DNA of 39,372 nucleotides from Nemertoderma westbladi (taxonomy: Eukaryota > Animalia > Xenacoelomorpha): NCBI GenBank assembly GCA_032718475.1, contig JAUCBJ010006188.1, forward strand, positions 1 to 39,372, in the 5' to 3' direction. The translations under genes were made by a program, and so were the position numbers. The notes beneath the pieces are model-generated. The model ran no database searches. It saw nothing but the letters and a program-made list of their open reading frames with translations, and was not told the DNA's origin. Positions 1-12,443 of this stretch are shown here, one piece after another (positions within the stretch are counted from its first letter, which is position 1; each line of letters opens with the position of its first letter).

Positions 1-832
1 GTCTACACTAGAACACAGTTATGTCGGAAAAATTTATCCAAAAAGTTCAAAAATGGTATTCCTCATTTCTGTTTATGCAATAAAACTATTTAATTCAAAT
101 TTGTAATCTTATCAAGCGCTACAGTAGATTACGACTTGAGCACGAAATAAAATAGAAAATTTATCACCCGTCATATAAAGTTAACAATAACATCATCATA
201 TTATATTATAACTATATGGATTGCAGCAATTGTATTTTGAACATTAGGGTTAACTTTTCCCAACGAAAATAGTGGTTCAATGAACAAATTAACATTAGAA
301 ATACATACACAGAAACATTAAAATAATTTTAGACATGTTCAAAATCATTAATACAAGAAATTCCAAATAATGAAGTGCTACGGCTACCATTCATAGTACT
401 GGTATTGTAATACGATATAGATATAAGGTTTTTATTGAGATTAGATGCAGGATAACTAGCGGTTCATTGTGGTGGTCCAGTTGAATTTTAAGGCATTTTT
501 TTACAATTTCGTTACCGGTACTACCCGGTGTCTGTGAGAAAAGACGGTTTCCTTGGGAAAATGTCTGGAAAAAAACAGAATAAAAAATCAGGGAAAATAT
601 TTTTAAAGTAGGCCTCTTCATTTTGTTATTTTTTATTGGGAGCTGCCGCTTCCAAACCCCAGACCCCCGTTTAGTACAATGAAACGGCTTTAACAATAAT
701 ATAATATAAAGCAAAATTACAATTAATATTATACTCTGAGAATTTTACAAGAACCTACAGTAACTATAATTCCGAAAAGACTAGCACAGATACAAATACG
801 AGAAAGCACAACACATTACATAGTTTACAGAT

Positions 833-1350
833 TCAGTTTACAGCGTCAAACGAGTGGAGTGATCGGTAATTCAGCTCCATCCTCCGTACCCAGACCACTG
901 TCCCGCTGATGCAATGAGAAGCCCCTCGAACTATGGCGAACTGCACACGGCGGTGAACCCATTCCATGGCGGTGCTATAAGGTCTGTCCCAGTTGTGGTG
1001 TAACCTATCAGCGAAGATCCTCGGGAGCTTGTTGGCATGCGGTGCCAGAACTCCATCGCAAGAGACCACGAAGGGTGCTGGTGTGTGCTGGACCACGAAG
1101 GATGCGGTGCCAGAACTCCATTCTACGGAGAGACAAGAGACTACGAAGGGTGCAAAGTCCGCCCTCCTCTGTCTCGCTGGTTCCACATATAGTGCGGTTT
1201 TAGCGTCCTCCGCAGATTCTAGGACCCTCATCGTGGGGCGTCCCGCATATGCGCGCGTCAAGGTTTACGACCCCGATATCTAACAACGCCTGAGTCTGCG
1301 GGTTAAATGCCCCTGGAACTCCTACATCACACCAAAGTCCTGCCTCTCCA
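833..1350 (-). mobile_element. 3' fragment of a CRE-like non-LTR retrotransposon (restriction-like endonuclease C-terminus), degenerate
   Basis: Translation gives ...LLDIGVVNLDA...RRADFAPFVVSC.GVL...DRLHHNWDRPYSTAMEWVHRRVQFAIVRGASHCISG, the usual C-terminal pattern of CRE-group RLE elements; frameshift near 1255 and a short internal duplication at ~1037-1153. Confidence 0.75.
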
Positions 1351-2223
1351 CTTAATTCAGGCTGGTCTCTGACTATGGGTTCCGACTGTCACGTTTCGTG
1401 GTCCAAATGCTAGAGAGGCCAGATCCCCAACAACATCACGGAGTTCATTATGTCTTTGGATTATGAGGCCTTTTTTAAATTCCAATTCTTCCAAATTCAA
1501 TTGTTATTTATCAAATTTCACTAACATTCCAATAATTTGAATTTTAATTGTATCAATTAGGCATTAATTCAATTAAATTGTAAATTAGCAACAATCAGAC
1601 AATTAGGCAAACCATAAATATTTCATTAACGATATAGACAGTACAAACAAAACAAATAAACAATAAACAAAACAAGTATACAAAAGGTACTGAACAATTA
1701 AAGATTACAAAACTCTATAAAGAATTACAAAATTAAAGAGTACAAAATACAATAAACAATTGAATTGAAGTAAACAAACAGCAATAAAACTACCAGTATA
1801 AATTAAAGTAATAAAACGTTATACACCATTTATTACAGTAAGCAAAACTCATTAAGCAATTAAACGTAAATAAAGAAAACTCAATAAACGCAACTCTGCA
1901 GTAGGCCCGGCCTACTGACTATGGGTAACTTTTGGTATTTTAATTCGATATAATTTTATGACGGCCGATAAAGGTACCAACATCGACCGTCACTAATTAA
2001 ATACTGTAAATTATCGACCGTCGTAATTAATAGCTGTTGTTGTTGCTATGATACCATGAATAGGCGGGATATTTGAATTATGTCCTGCAATAGGCCTAGA
2101 TTTGGGTACTGCTGTACTGTACCGCACCGGTGCGGTGCTGTAGTAGGTAATTAATATAATTAATTACCGTACTGCCCTGCCGTTTTCCTACCTTCGTTTC
2201 GTTTCGTAATTTTATATTACAGT

Positions 2224-2556
2224 TTGCCAGAGGCTAGTTTAAATATGGCATATCAAGTTGAAATAATGCACCAGGAGATATTGTCTGTAATTAGTAAGTG
2301 CGAACAATTACATCTCCATGATGATATCCGGAGTTCACCAAGTCTCATCTGTGATGTTGATGTTTTGAACGACTTGTATCAGCGAATTAGACACGCAGCA
2401 ACAAACTTGGACTTAGTAAACAGTATTAATTCTCCTAATAATCATACTGGCGTGGCTTATCATGGCTATCTTATTCAAATACGTAAAAACTTACTTACAG
2501 CTGTAACACCTGAGAATAGGTCTACAGTAGGTCCTCGTCTCGTTGCACTGACTTAA
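2224..2556 (+). other. Short ORF of unknown identity (ATG at 2243), possibly a TE remnant
   Basis: 110-codon open frame with protein-like composition in otherwise AT-rich DNA; no motif recognised. Confidence 0.2.
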
Positions 2557-2758
2557 TCAGACTGCCATATAGAGGTTTTACTAGCAGGTCTTTATCACCG
2601 AACATCTAACTGTCAATCGAAAGAGACATTATAGTAACACGATAAGCGATCCGCGGATTCCATCATGCAACATATTCTTCCACCAATCGGAATGGACTGA
2701 GGAGTGGGAGTCGTCTGGGATCCCTGGACGCTGGACCATGTGGTAGCGATTTTGCGCC

Positions 2759-2829
2759 CGATGTCGATGTGGTCCCGATGTGGTACCGATGTAGTCCGAT
2801 GTGGTAACGATTTGGTCCGTTGTGGTACC
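2759..2829. repeat. Short 10-11 bp tandem repeat (cgatgtggtmc), about 6 copies
   Basis: cgatgtggtcc cgatgtggtac cgatgtagtc cgatgtggtaa cgatttggtc cgttgtggtac read directly. Confidence 0.8.
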
Positions 2830-3467
2830 TCTACCTCCTACAGACTTATTTTAATTTATTTTTTGTATTATTTTAAGATCACTATTCTAGGTTCTTATTT
2901 TACATTGTACTGTATATCAGTATATTGCATACTTTAGTACTAATATTGTATACTTGAATTAATTGATTCGACTTGTATTATATCGTGTATACTGTATGTT
3001 AATATTAAACTAAATTGATGGATTTTATTGTGTTGAGCATGTCGGTGTGTTTTTACTTTAGAAGTTAATAAACATTTTCTATTTCCATTTCCGATTGGAA
3101 ATGGAACTGATTTTCTTATTATTTTTGTTAATGCTTCATACATGCAATGCAACTAACTAACATTTACCACCTCATACCTACTTTACCATATTTATCACTG
3201 GTACATAATATTAATTTGCACCTAATCTACCTGTTATATACTTACCACGATCTATACATAATATTAATACTCATGCTTAGCAAAATTATTTTTCTTTCAT
3301 TATTTTTTTTTATTTATTTATTTTTATTTTTATTTTATATTTATCTTAAACGTAAATATAATAAGATAATATAGCATTGAATTTATAATATGTAATATAT
3401 TAATTAGCACATTAATTAATTCATTATTCAACCGGTTAAATTTATAGTTTTAATACCCGTCTGGAAG

Positions 3468-3849
3468 GCCGGTCGTATAACAGGCTGAGATAACTCCCCA
3501 CCCAATATGACTCCCCAGTCTTCTCAGCCTAGTCTGAGAACACTCCCCAGTTTCCCTCTTAGATTTCTTAATTAACGGAAAGGAGCAGGTTACAGTGGCA
3601 GGCTTTTCTAACAAACCAAAATAATAAACGATAACTCAATAAGGATATAGGTTACAGTTTTATTTTTGCAAAAATACGAAAATAAATTATAATAAAAATT
3701 TTAATTAATAAAAATTATAACTCAATTAGGGGAGTCATCTCAGCCTAAGGGGAGTCATATCAGCCTAAGGGGAGTGTTCTCAGCCTATGTAGGCTGAGAT
3801 GACTGGGGAGTCATTTCAAGAGGGAGTTATCTCAGCCTTGTACACCGGC
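3468..3849. mobile_element. MITE/foldback-like non-autonomous element with TIRs and subterminal repeats
   Basis: Left gccggtcgtataacaggctgagataactccc is the near reverse complement of right gggagttatctcagccttgtacaccggc; internal aggctgaga..actcccc motifs in both orientations; AT-rich core; no clear TSD. Confidence 0.75.
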
Positions 3850-3859
3850 ACCTCTCAGT

Positions 3860-5400
3860 TCAGCCCCATCTCTGAAACCTAACGCCCTCCACGGCCTCCG
3901 ACCACCACGCAAACAGGGAGTTTGAGCGGAGTAACGCGAACTGAACCCGTATGCATACTCCACAGAGAACACAGGCTAGGCCTTGTTCCCCCACCACCTG
4001 CCACCGAGCGACAAGAGTCTCAGCGAGGTGGCAGATAAAAATCTCTGTCTTCTTACACAACACCCCATTGGTGGTTCCGACTAGGAGAACCTCCGATTCT
4101 CGCATACCGCGCTGTAGTGAACCTTCTTGGCTCGGACTCGCTGCTCGAGGACAGAGTCCACGGACCGGTGAACGTACGAGGGAGCGTCAGCGTTTACTAT
4201 CGCAATATTGAAAGACGCCACCCTCTGTTTGGTCCAGACTCCCCTCGCTAAGAGATCCACCCGCACTCCATTTCTCGCGACCATTCCTGTCGAGGTAGCC
4301 GGTGCACAGCAGTGTGGCTTCACGCTAAACACATGACCCCCAAATGCTGAGGCTGTGAGGTCCCCAAAGACCTCGCGTACCTCATCGTGTCGCTTGATGA
4401 TCAGGCTTCCTAACTTGCAGTTCAGAGCATGGGTCACCGTTAACGACTCCCCACACCCCTCACACTTCACCGAGAGGCCGGTTGGCCTGAGGCCATACCT
4501 CAGCGCGAGGTTGTCGCGAAACGCTTCCGGGTCCAAGTCGGTGTTATCGACCACAGATGGCTGCACCAACAACCACCCACCAGTCTTATTGGAGACAGTC
4601 CGGTCTACTGTGCGGTGCCGCTCGGCTGGAACAGAGAGGATGGCTGATCTCGCTGCGACTCGTATGCCGCCCCCTGGTCAACCCGGCTAGTGGCCAGAGC
4701 AGAGGCAAGGCACGCGGCGTGATCTGTCACATGGAGGGGGCTACCATTAGTCAGTGCTTCGAAAATTCCTACTGTCCCAGAGTGCGACGCGTCCCGTGCG
4801 AATACTCGGCGCATCAGGGGGTCCCGTATTCCGATACCCCCCATGTCCGATGGGGAAGAGAACCAAATCCTCATCGACATGCCCCTGTGATGAACCAAAT
4901 AATGTAGGGATGAACCGGCGCCACAGTTTGAATCAGAGCCAGGTCGGCCTTCGTGGAGTCTACCACCCAGAGCAGGTAGTCCCACTCCGCCTGCACACAG
5001 CAGGACATTCCGATGCTCAACAAGCACCCTGCCACTTTGTCCGCGATGAACTCTTGCAGACCCTCTAGCCCCCAAGGAATCCGTGGCCGGAAACAACCCT
5101 CACCCCACATTCCCCAAATACCTCCCGTGCCCTGGCCGCGTACTGGGGTTTTACGACCAGGTAGCACTTTGTGGGTTCCACATTGTACCCGATGCGAGGC
5201 CCACAGCGGCGCAGCTCCACCCACCACCACCGCAGTACTGCAGTAGACCAGCAACAGACCCGGCAGACGAAGAATGGTCAGCATACCAACACTGCTTATG
5301 GTAGTAGGCTGGTTCGTCCTTGGGAGGCATTCGTGTTGGCTTGACTCCAGATGTTAGATCCCCATGTGACGGATCAATGGGTGGCGCATCCCTCACCCAC
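3860..5400 (-). mobile_element. CRE-like non-LTR retrotransposon fragment (end of RT, Zn knuckle, RLE), multiply frameshifted
   Basis: QCWYADHSS (degenerate YADD), MGGIGIRDP, FRDNLALRYG..CEGCG....HALNCKLGSLIIKRHDEVRE, RVDLLARGVW...NIAIVNADAPSY distributed over several frames; GC-rich relative to flanks. Confidence 0.85.
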
Positions 5401-5747
5401 CAGGGCTACGGTCTCCAATCAGGATGGAATCAATTTTGTGTTACTCAAAGAAATGAAGCCTTAATTGACAGACAATCTGTAGTTCAGGGTGCGCACAAGG
5501 GCGTGGGCTAATTTAATTTTATAATTTCATCCGAAATATCTAAGTTAAAACTTTAATACCGAATGTGCAAACTGGGGTTAAACAGATGTTCAATCGTGCC
5601 AGAATACCTAGGTTTCAGTGCCAGATGATAACCAATCTCCCTGCAATCAACTAATCAAATAAAACGAATGATAACGTTTTAACTAATATTTTGTCCGCAA
5701 AAAAATTGTAAATAAAATAAATGAAAAAAATTAAATCCCAATGGTCC

Positions 5748-8046
5748 CTACTACTACTACTAGGTCGAGCGAACTCGGACAGTGGAAATGAGGTCCTTCC
5801 AGGCTTTCCGATTCTCCATAGTTGTCGCAATTTCGTTTCTCCTAAGTTCAGTATCCCTTTCAAGTTGATCTATATATGTTATGGCCGGTCGTCCACGACT
5901 ACGCTTTCCATGAGTTGGTTGCCAGAAAAGTAGATCTGGTATGACCTCGTCTTTACTTCGCCAGCAGTGCCCACTGAATCTTAATCTGCGTTCACGGAGG
6001 GTGGTTGATACAGGTGGTATTGTACCATAAAGCTCGGCGTTTGTCATGTGTTGTCTCCAGCTGATGTTTAGGGCTACCCTTAGTAGTCTTGTGTAGCAAC
6101 CATCAATTCGTTGTTCAAGTGATTTAGTCAGTGTCCAGGTCTCACCCCCATATAAAAATACACTTTCCACTGTGGATCGAAAGAACTTAGTCTTCAGGTG
6201 CCTGGAGAGATCTGATTTCCAGATGGTATCCATTTTTGATAGAGCTACGCAACCCTTTGCTTTCCTAACTTCTATGTCCTTTTTGCTACTCTCTATCCAT
6301 GATCCAAGGTACTGGAAGTCATCGACCTTCCTTAGTTGATTATTATCAATGGTTGTCAAGTTTCCATCAACATTAAAGGTCATGAATTCGGTCTTTGTAG
6401 CATTTATATGCAATCCAACCTCCTTAGCAGCCCTCTCCACTTTATTTAGTAGAAGCTGTGCATCTGCTAGGGTATTAGAGAGCAGGGCGATGTCATCCGC
6501 AAAGTCGGTGTCTGTGACTGTAGTTGCCGGATATCTACTACTTCTGCGTTCTTGAAGTGTGAATCCCAGGTCTTCACCCTTTGTGGCCGTCCTCATTGCG
6601 TAATCCAGCACAATTACAAATAGTAATGGTGCTAATGTGTCACCTTGCAGTACGCCAGCCAGGATTGAGAAAAACTCAGTTTCACCATCTGGTGAGAGTG
6701 CCTGCGCCTCTGTGTCACAATATAACAATCCAATGCCAGCAACAATTACTTCTGGTATTCCATAAGCTCTTAGGATTTCAAGCATTTTACCTCTATGGAT
6801 GGAGTCGAATGCCTTCTTGAAGTCCACAAAAGTCATAACAGCGGGGAGATTCTTCGACTTAATTCCTTCAATCAGTCTCCGTAGTGGAAGTATCTGAGCT
6901 ATTATTGATCTACTTGGTCGAAATCCGTTTTGGCTCTTACGCAGTAGTTTCTCTATGTGAGGCCTAATCCTATATAGAATCATTTTATTGTATATTTTGG
7001 CAGCTACCACAAGCAGACAGATCCCACGATAGTTTGTTGGTATGCCGAGGTCTCCTTTCTTTGGGAGAGGCTTTAGTTGACCTTTAGTCCAAATTGGTGG
7101 TGGCTTTTCCCCTTTTAACATCCGGTTGCAAACATTCAATAATGATCTGTTTAGCACTCCGGTTTTCCATACCTCCGCTGGGATTTCATCTAATCCACTC
7201 GCTTTATTATTGGACATGCTTTTAATGCTTCTTTGGAGTTCGGCAGGTGTGAAGTCCCCTGTTTCTATAGGTAGTGTCTTGTCATATATTTTCCTTGTAG
7301 GGCTGACCTCGATGTTTGGTGGCTGCCCAAGCAAGTTGCTGAAGTGATTTTTCCACTTCCCAATACGTTCTTCAGGACTATCGGCTTTGAGGCGCCCCTT
7401 TGCACAACTTTTCCGACCAGATACCTCATTTACAGTTTTCCAGGTAAGTCTTGATTGTTGCTGTATGTGAGCAGTTGTAATTGCTTCAGTTTTATCCTGT
7501 ATGTACTTTTCCTGGCTGATGTTGTAGGCCAATTTAAGATCGTCCTTAGCTTTCTCAACCTTGTTAATGTTTTCGGTTGTTGGTTGTTCGGTTTTAACTT
7601 TGTAGGCTATCTTAAGATCTTCTCTCTTACAAGTAACCTCAGAGTTTTGCCCTGGCACATATTGTTTTCGTTTGGGTTTCTGGGGGATATGCCTCTTAGC
7701 TGATTCCTTGTGGGCTGTTATTATATTCTGGTATATTGAATTGGTGGATTGATCTTCATCCATTGACTGAAGTGCTTCAAAGCGGTTTTGAACTTCTACT
7801 GTATAAGCATCCTTTACAGCATTGTCAGTTCTGAGTTTTTCCCAGTCATATTTGATTTGCTTGCTTGTCCTGGGTTTGCTGGCTCTCAAACTGAGTCTGA
7901 TCTCTGCAGTCACAATTCTGTGGTCCGAACCAATTAGGTTGAACGAGCTGTAGGCCTTGCAGTTGATCATGCTGTTTCTCCACTTTTTGTTTATGAGGAT
8001 GTAATCCAGTTGTGCTTTGGTTCCATTAGGGTATTGAAAGGTCCAT
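5748..8046 (-). mobile_element. RTE-clade LINE, 5'-truncated copy with (TAG)5 tail
   Basis: Uninterrupted ORF (see CDS); stop codon runs directly into a (TAG)n microsatellite tail at 5748-5762; homology with the second copy stops at ggtccat (8046). Confidence 0.92.
5760..8046 (-). CDS. RTE LINE ORF: C-terminal end of APE endonuclease plus complete reverse transcriptase (no native start)
   Basis: LDYILIN and GSDHRIV (APE), PKKGDLGIPTNYRGI, QNGFRP, FVDFKKAFDSI, GVLQGDTLAPLLF, DFADDIALL, FQYLGS. The first ~18 aa of the called 780-aa ORF come from flanking DNA. Confidence 0.9.
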
Positions 8047-8199
8047 TTAATTGTTCGAAGCCCCCGAAGGCCCGTAGCACGACCTTCTGTTTCAGTTACC
8101 AATCACCATGTTTCAGTGATTAGGACGATTTGAATGATTTACAAGTGATTATAAATAATCTTCATAATATAATAGCCTAGTTTATTACAAAATTTTTTT

Positions 8200-8331
8200 T
8201 TTATCTGATTAATTTTAGGGGAGGGGGGGGGGGGGGGGGGGTCAACGCCTATCTGATGACATCTGATTTAGGGGAGGGAGGGGGTCAACATTTTGGGGAA
8301 AAGTGCAGACGTCATACTTGGACGGCCCCTA
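8200..8331. mobile_element. One end of a MITE-like element
   Basis: Ends in gacgtcatacttggacggccccta, resembling a common invertebrate MITE terminus, with atctgat..ttaggggaggg subterminal repeats; partner TIR not seen. Confidence 0.45.
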
Positions 8332-8402
8332 TAGAGTAGTTGATGCCACAGCAGGGTAAACCACAGAGTGAGTGAAGCATACAGAGAGAAACCGAGTACC
8401 TA

Positions 8403-8723
8403 CCTGTGTCGGTATCTGTGTTGGCACAGCTAAGTTGGCACCTATGTCGGCATCTGTATCAGAACCTGTGTTGGTACATGTCAGTCTGTGTCGGCACCTA
8501 TGTTAGCACCTGTGTTGGAGCCTGTGTTAGAACCTTTGTCGGCGCCTATGTCGGCACATGTTTCAGCACTTCTGTCGCCACCTATGTTGGCACCTATATC
8601 AGCACCTGTGTCAGCACCTATGTTGGCACATATGTCGCCACCTGTGTTAGCACCTGTGTCAGCTCCTAGGTCGGCACCTGTGTTGCACCTATGTCAGCAC
8701 CTATGTAAGCACCTGTGTTGACA
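8403..8723. repeat. Degenerate 12-bp minisatellite (gcacctrtgtyr), about 25 copies
   Basis: Repeated gcacctatgtcg / gcacctgtgtta units; the ORFs at 8406 and 8488 are 4-aa periodic artefacts. Confidence 0.9.
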
Positions 8724-9016
8724 CCCCCATGCTATTTTGAGACCTCATTCTCGCTGCAAGAATAATTCATCATAGCTGCGAGAGTGACGAATGCGGCGTG
8801 TTTGTGTGCTAAACTTCAAAATTCAACGTGGTTCTTTAAAACAAATATATTTTGGTTTTAATATTTTTTCACTTTTTTTTATTACTTTGCGAATAAGCAG
8901 GTATATTGGAAATTTACATTAATTCCACCCCTTTACTCAATATAATAAATTTAAATGTTGCATGAATCATTTCAGTCAGTAATTGTCCTTCCTGGCCGAT
9001 GCAAAAGTAGTGCGTG

Positions 9017-9424
9017 TCAGCGTGAGCATACTGGACATGGGCATGTTAACAAAAATGGAAGGTGTTCTTCTTCAGCTTTCTTTGGCCCATCTTGGAGCCC
9101 ATGATTGTTGAGTCGGTTTTGTACGGGCAAAGTCGGAAACAATCTCCCACTGTCATCTTCTCTATCAAACGAAGTCTTAACCTTTTTTCCAATAGGCAGC
9201 AGCAGAGGACATATTTTTATTTTTTTACATTTACGAAAAATTGCCATATAATCTGTTTCCAGTTTATCGGCTTTCGCTTGTTGTCTTTTCAAAAATACTT
9301 TGCGTTCATGTAATATCTTCTTATCTTCATCCAGTTCAATAAGTCCTTCTCTTATACTAGTGCGTAAATTAATCCATTCATTTCTTAAAGTATTCATATT
9401 ATCGGCTAATTTTTCTTCTGAAAG
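9017..9424 (-). CDS. Predicted terminal coding exon of unknown gene, paralog A (coiled coil, basic KKVK patch, C-terminal CPCPVC)
   Basis: Open frame shared with 24285-24731, same stop, frame-preserving indels; preceded by tttcag acceptor (9430-9425) conserved in paralog B, whereas the ATG at 9433 is not (ATT in B); CTAAT branch-like motif ~40 nt upstream. Confidence 0.7.
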   Translation of the reverse strand, partial: LSEEKLADNMNTLRNEWINLRTSIREGLIELDEDKKILHERKVFLKRQQAKADKLETDYMAIFRKCKKIKICPLLLPIGKKVKTSFDREDDSGRLFPTLPVQNRLNNHGLQDGPKKAEEEHLPFLLTCPCPVCSR

Positions 9425-9984
9425 CTGAAACATATTATTATTTAAATTATTATTAATAACATTAGTTAATTATTGCTAAACTACAGTACTCAATGTACTA
9501 AAACTACTGAAATTTATAAAAGGTACACATAATAAAGTCTAACAACAATTAGTTTTTGTAAATAATAATTTATTACTTATTAGCCTATGCTGAACTAACA
9601 ATTTTGATTTGATTTTTTTATTTTCTTATAATTCTAAAATATCTTTCAAGTGTTATTGGCACCCCAACACCATCGATGAATACTAATGAAAGTGAAAGTA
9701 TTAGCGATATTGAATGAAAGTGTGAATATTATTTTTAATTTGATATTGTATTGAGCTGATGTAGGGTGTTTGTGGGATGGTTGCAATAGCTTAGAGCTAG
9801 TCGAGGCTACCATCTCTCCAACTGACTATACTAAGAAAGTACTATACGTAGAAATTCAATTAAATATAATGCTATCAACAGGTGTCATGTTCGATTTGTT
9901 TTTACGGAAATTCGCAGATAATAGGATACAGCAGAATTTAAAAAGAAACTCAAATCATGGTTAAATTTGGCTATTTAATTCAGG

Positions 9985-10236
9985 TTATATATGGTCTATC
10001 AGATACTTTTTAAGGAGGATTTTAAAAATTTGTTTATTTTTTGCCTTACAAATGTTATTCGGTAGCGCATTCCAGAAAATAGGACCAGATACACTTATAG
10101 ATTGATGGGCAACATTTAAATGAGTTAGAGGTACTATAAAATGACCTTGAGTCGACGATCGGGTATAATAACTGTGGAAGTCTGAACATTTGGAAAATAA
10201 GTGTGATAGTGGGTGAGTTTTATGATTATTGAACAC
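9985..10236 (-). mobile_element. 3' terminal fragment of an L2/CR1-group LINE ORF2
   Basis: YYTRSS...SISVSGPIFWNALPNNI.....FKILLKKYL is the typical C-terminal tail of these RT ORFs. Confidence 0.7.
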
Positions 10237-11903
10237 ATCGTAAAGTACTGTAGCTAGCTAATAAGCTAAATAAGTAGCTAGAACAAGAGCCAATAGTCTT
10301 TCAATCTAAAGAAAAAGTACCGTTTTATCACTATTATCAAGGGATATTATTTACCGAGTAGGCCTACCAGCGATGTAAATAAAGGGGTCGAGAAAATATT
10401 GACTTTTTCCCCGTAATAGGTAATTGTATTCTTGTGAATTGGTACTTTCTGCTGCACAATTCTTTGATAAAATATAGAGCGATATAGTGTTACAAAATGA
10501 ATTGAACTGTAGTATTTTACTATATTGCGAAACTGGAATATTTATAATATTAATTAATGTTTATTACGTAACTAGAGAGCCGCTTAACGACATAAACCAA
10601 TATTTGATATTGAGTTCCGTTTTGGAGTTCGCCGCACAGACACTAGAGTTGCCATTACTTTGATTCTGTGTATGAATTTCGCTCAAATTACTGGTAAATC
10701 GTTTCTACGTCGATACTCTTTCAACAAATGTAATAAAATTTAAGAAATTCCACCAAAAACGGTTTATTTTATTATATTTATAAAAATGAAATCAATGCAA
10801 TCACATGGGTTACTGTTTTTCAGGGAATAAGGTAGGCCAACTCCCCCCCCCCCCCCCCCCCCTCCCCCTTTCTCCCGATATATTTAGAGAAAAAGTAACA
10901 ATTTAAGAATAAAATATATTATGCGGATCACTTTGGATTAAATATTTTGTCCTTAGCAATATTAAGTTTAATGTAGGCCTACATAGCAACAAGGGATGTG
11001 TGTGCTAAGGGGTCGGGTGGGAGTAAGTAAGTGAGGTAATAGGAGGATGGGAATTCTGCTAAGGAATCCTGAGGCAGGATAGCGACTGTAGGGGGAAGGG
11101 TGCGAAAATTTAAAACGAAGAAACGAACAGAAAAACCACCCAACCATCCAACCACTACACACTCACAAATATACCATATTTATTCCAGAAAATAATTTGT
11201 TTTAAGATTGTATATAAAATATGTTCTAGAAACTTTTATAAAAAAATTGCCAAAACTAGCTCGCATAAAAAATATGGTCTATGGGTACACAAGGTGTAGA
11301 TTGTCACCAGATGTATGTAATCGCAGTATCGATGGAATGTTACGAAATTATCTACAAAACTTACTGCTATTGAATATACCAAATAATTCAGTTTATTGAA
11401 AACTATTCCCTTTCTATACCGGTACTTGATTAAACTAGGGATGTAGTGTAGCCTACAGTATACAGGTATACATATTGAAATATTTTAATTTATATAGTTA
11501 ACTGGGTTATTAATATAGGCGACAAATTACAAATTATATAAAATTTATCAAATTGCATTGTAACATACAGTACGTATTCACAAACAAACCATTAAAAAAT
11601 ATACATTTATATTTGAAAAAAATACAAAAAGTTCTAGAATAAAAAATATCGCTTCTAGAACATTTTTTTATAAAGAGTAGATTATGATCTAGAATAATAA
11701 TTAAAATAAAAAACAGGTACTGTAAAAAGTAGCTAGCAAAGCAAATACTTGGGGTATGTTGGGTATGGCTATGTATAGTCACAGTAGTGAGTTTTGCAAT
11801 TAATTAAAATATTTTTGCATGCATTTCGCGAATTTAATGTAATTTTCCATAAATAAATAAATACCCTTGAAGAAACAATAATATTCTAAATATATTTGAT
11901 GGA

Positions 11904-12443
11904 CTTGGTGTGTGGTTTACAATAATTTAAAGGTGCGTCTTGCCTAACCTTGGTGTGTGGTTTACAATAATTTAATGGTGCCTCTTGCCTAACCTTGGTG
12001 TGTGGTTTACAATAATTTATCGGTGCGTCTTGCCTAACCTTTGTGTATGGTTTACAATAATTAATCGGCGCTTCTTGCCTAACCTTGGTGTGTGGTTTAC
12101 AATAATTTATCGGTGCGTCTTGCCTAACCTTGGTATGTGGTTTACAATAATTTATTGGTGCGTCTTGCCTAACCTTGGTGTATGGTTTACAATAATTTAT
12201 CGGCGCTTCTTGCCTAACCTTGGTGTGTGGTTTACAATAATTTATTGGTGCGTCTTGCCTAACCTTGGTGTATGGTTTACAATAATTTATCGGCGCTTCT
12301 TGCCTAACCTTGGTGTGTGGTTTACAATAATTTATCGGCGCTTCTTGCCTAACCTTGGTGTGTGGTTTACAATAATTGATCGGTGCGTCTTGCCTAACCT
12401 TGGTGTGTGGTTTACAATAATTTATCGGTGCGTCTTGCCTAAC
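11904..12443 (-). repeat. 45-bp tandem array, 12 complete units (VRQ[DE]AP[IL]NYCKP[HY]TK in the frame of exon 1)
   Basis: Unit cttgcctaaccttggtgtgtggtttacaataatttatcggtgcgt; 540 bp; no stops or frameshifts in the minus-strand frame. Confidence 0.97.

Noticed and set aside
391-714. 107-aa ORF
   Set aside because: Non-ATG start, no motifs; sequence looks like a degenerate DNA-transposon end whose boundaries I cannot define.
11190-11440. Conserved intronic block with a GTAAGT on the minus strand as a middle exon
   Set aside because: A/B comparison shows several irregular indels and I could not find a shared open frame with a convincing acceptor; treated as duplicated intron.
11904-12443. Telomeric TTAGG/TTAGGC motif in the repeat unit
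   Set aside because: Only one copy per 45-bp unit, never tandem.
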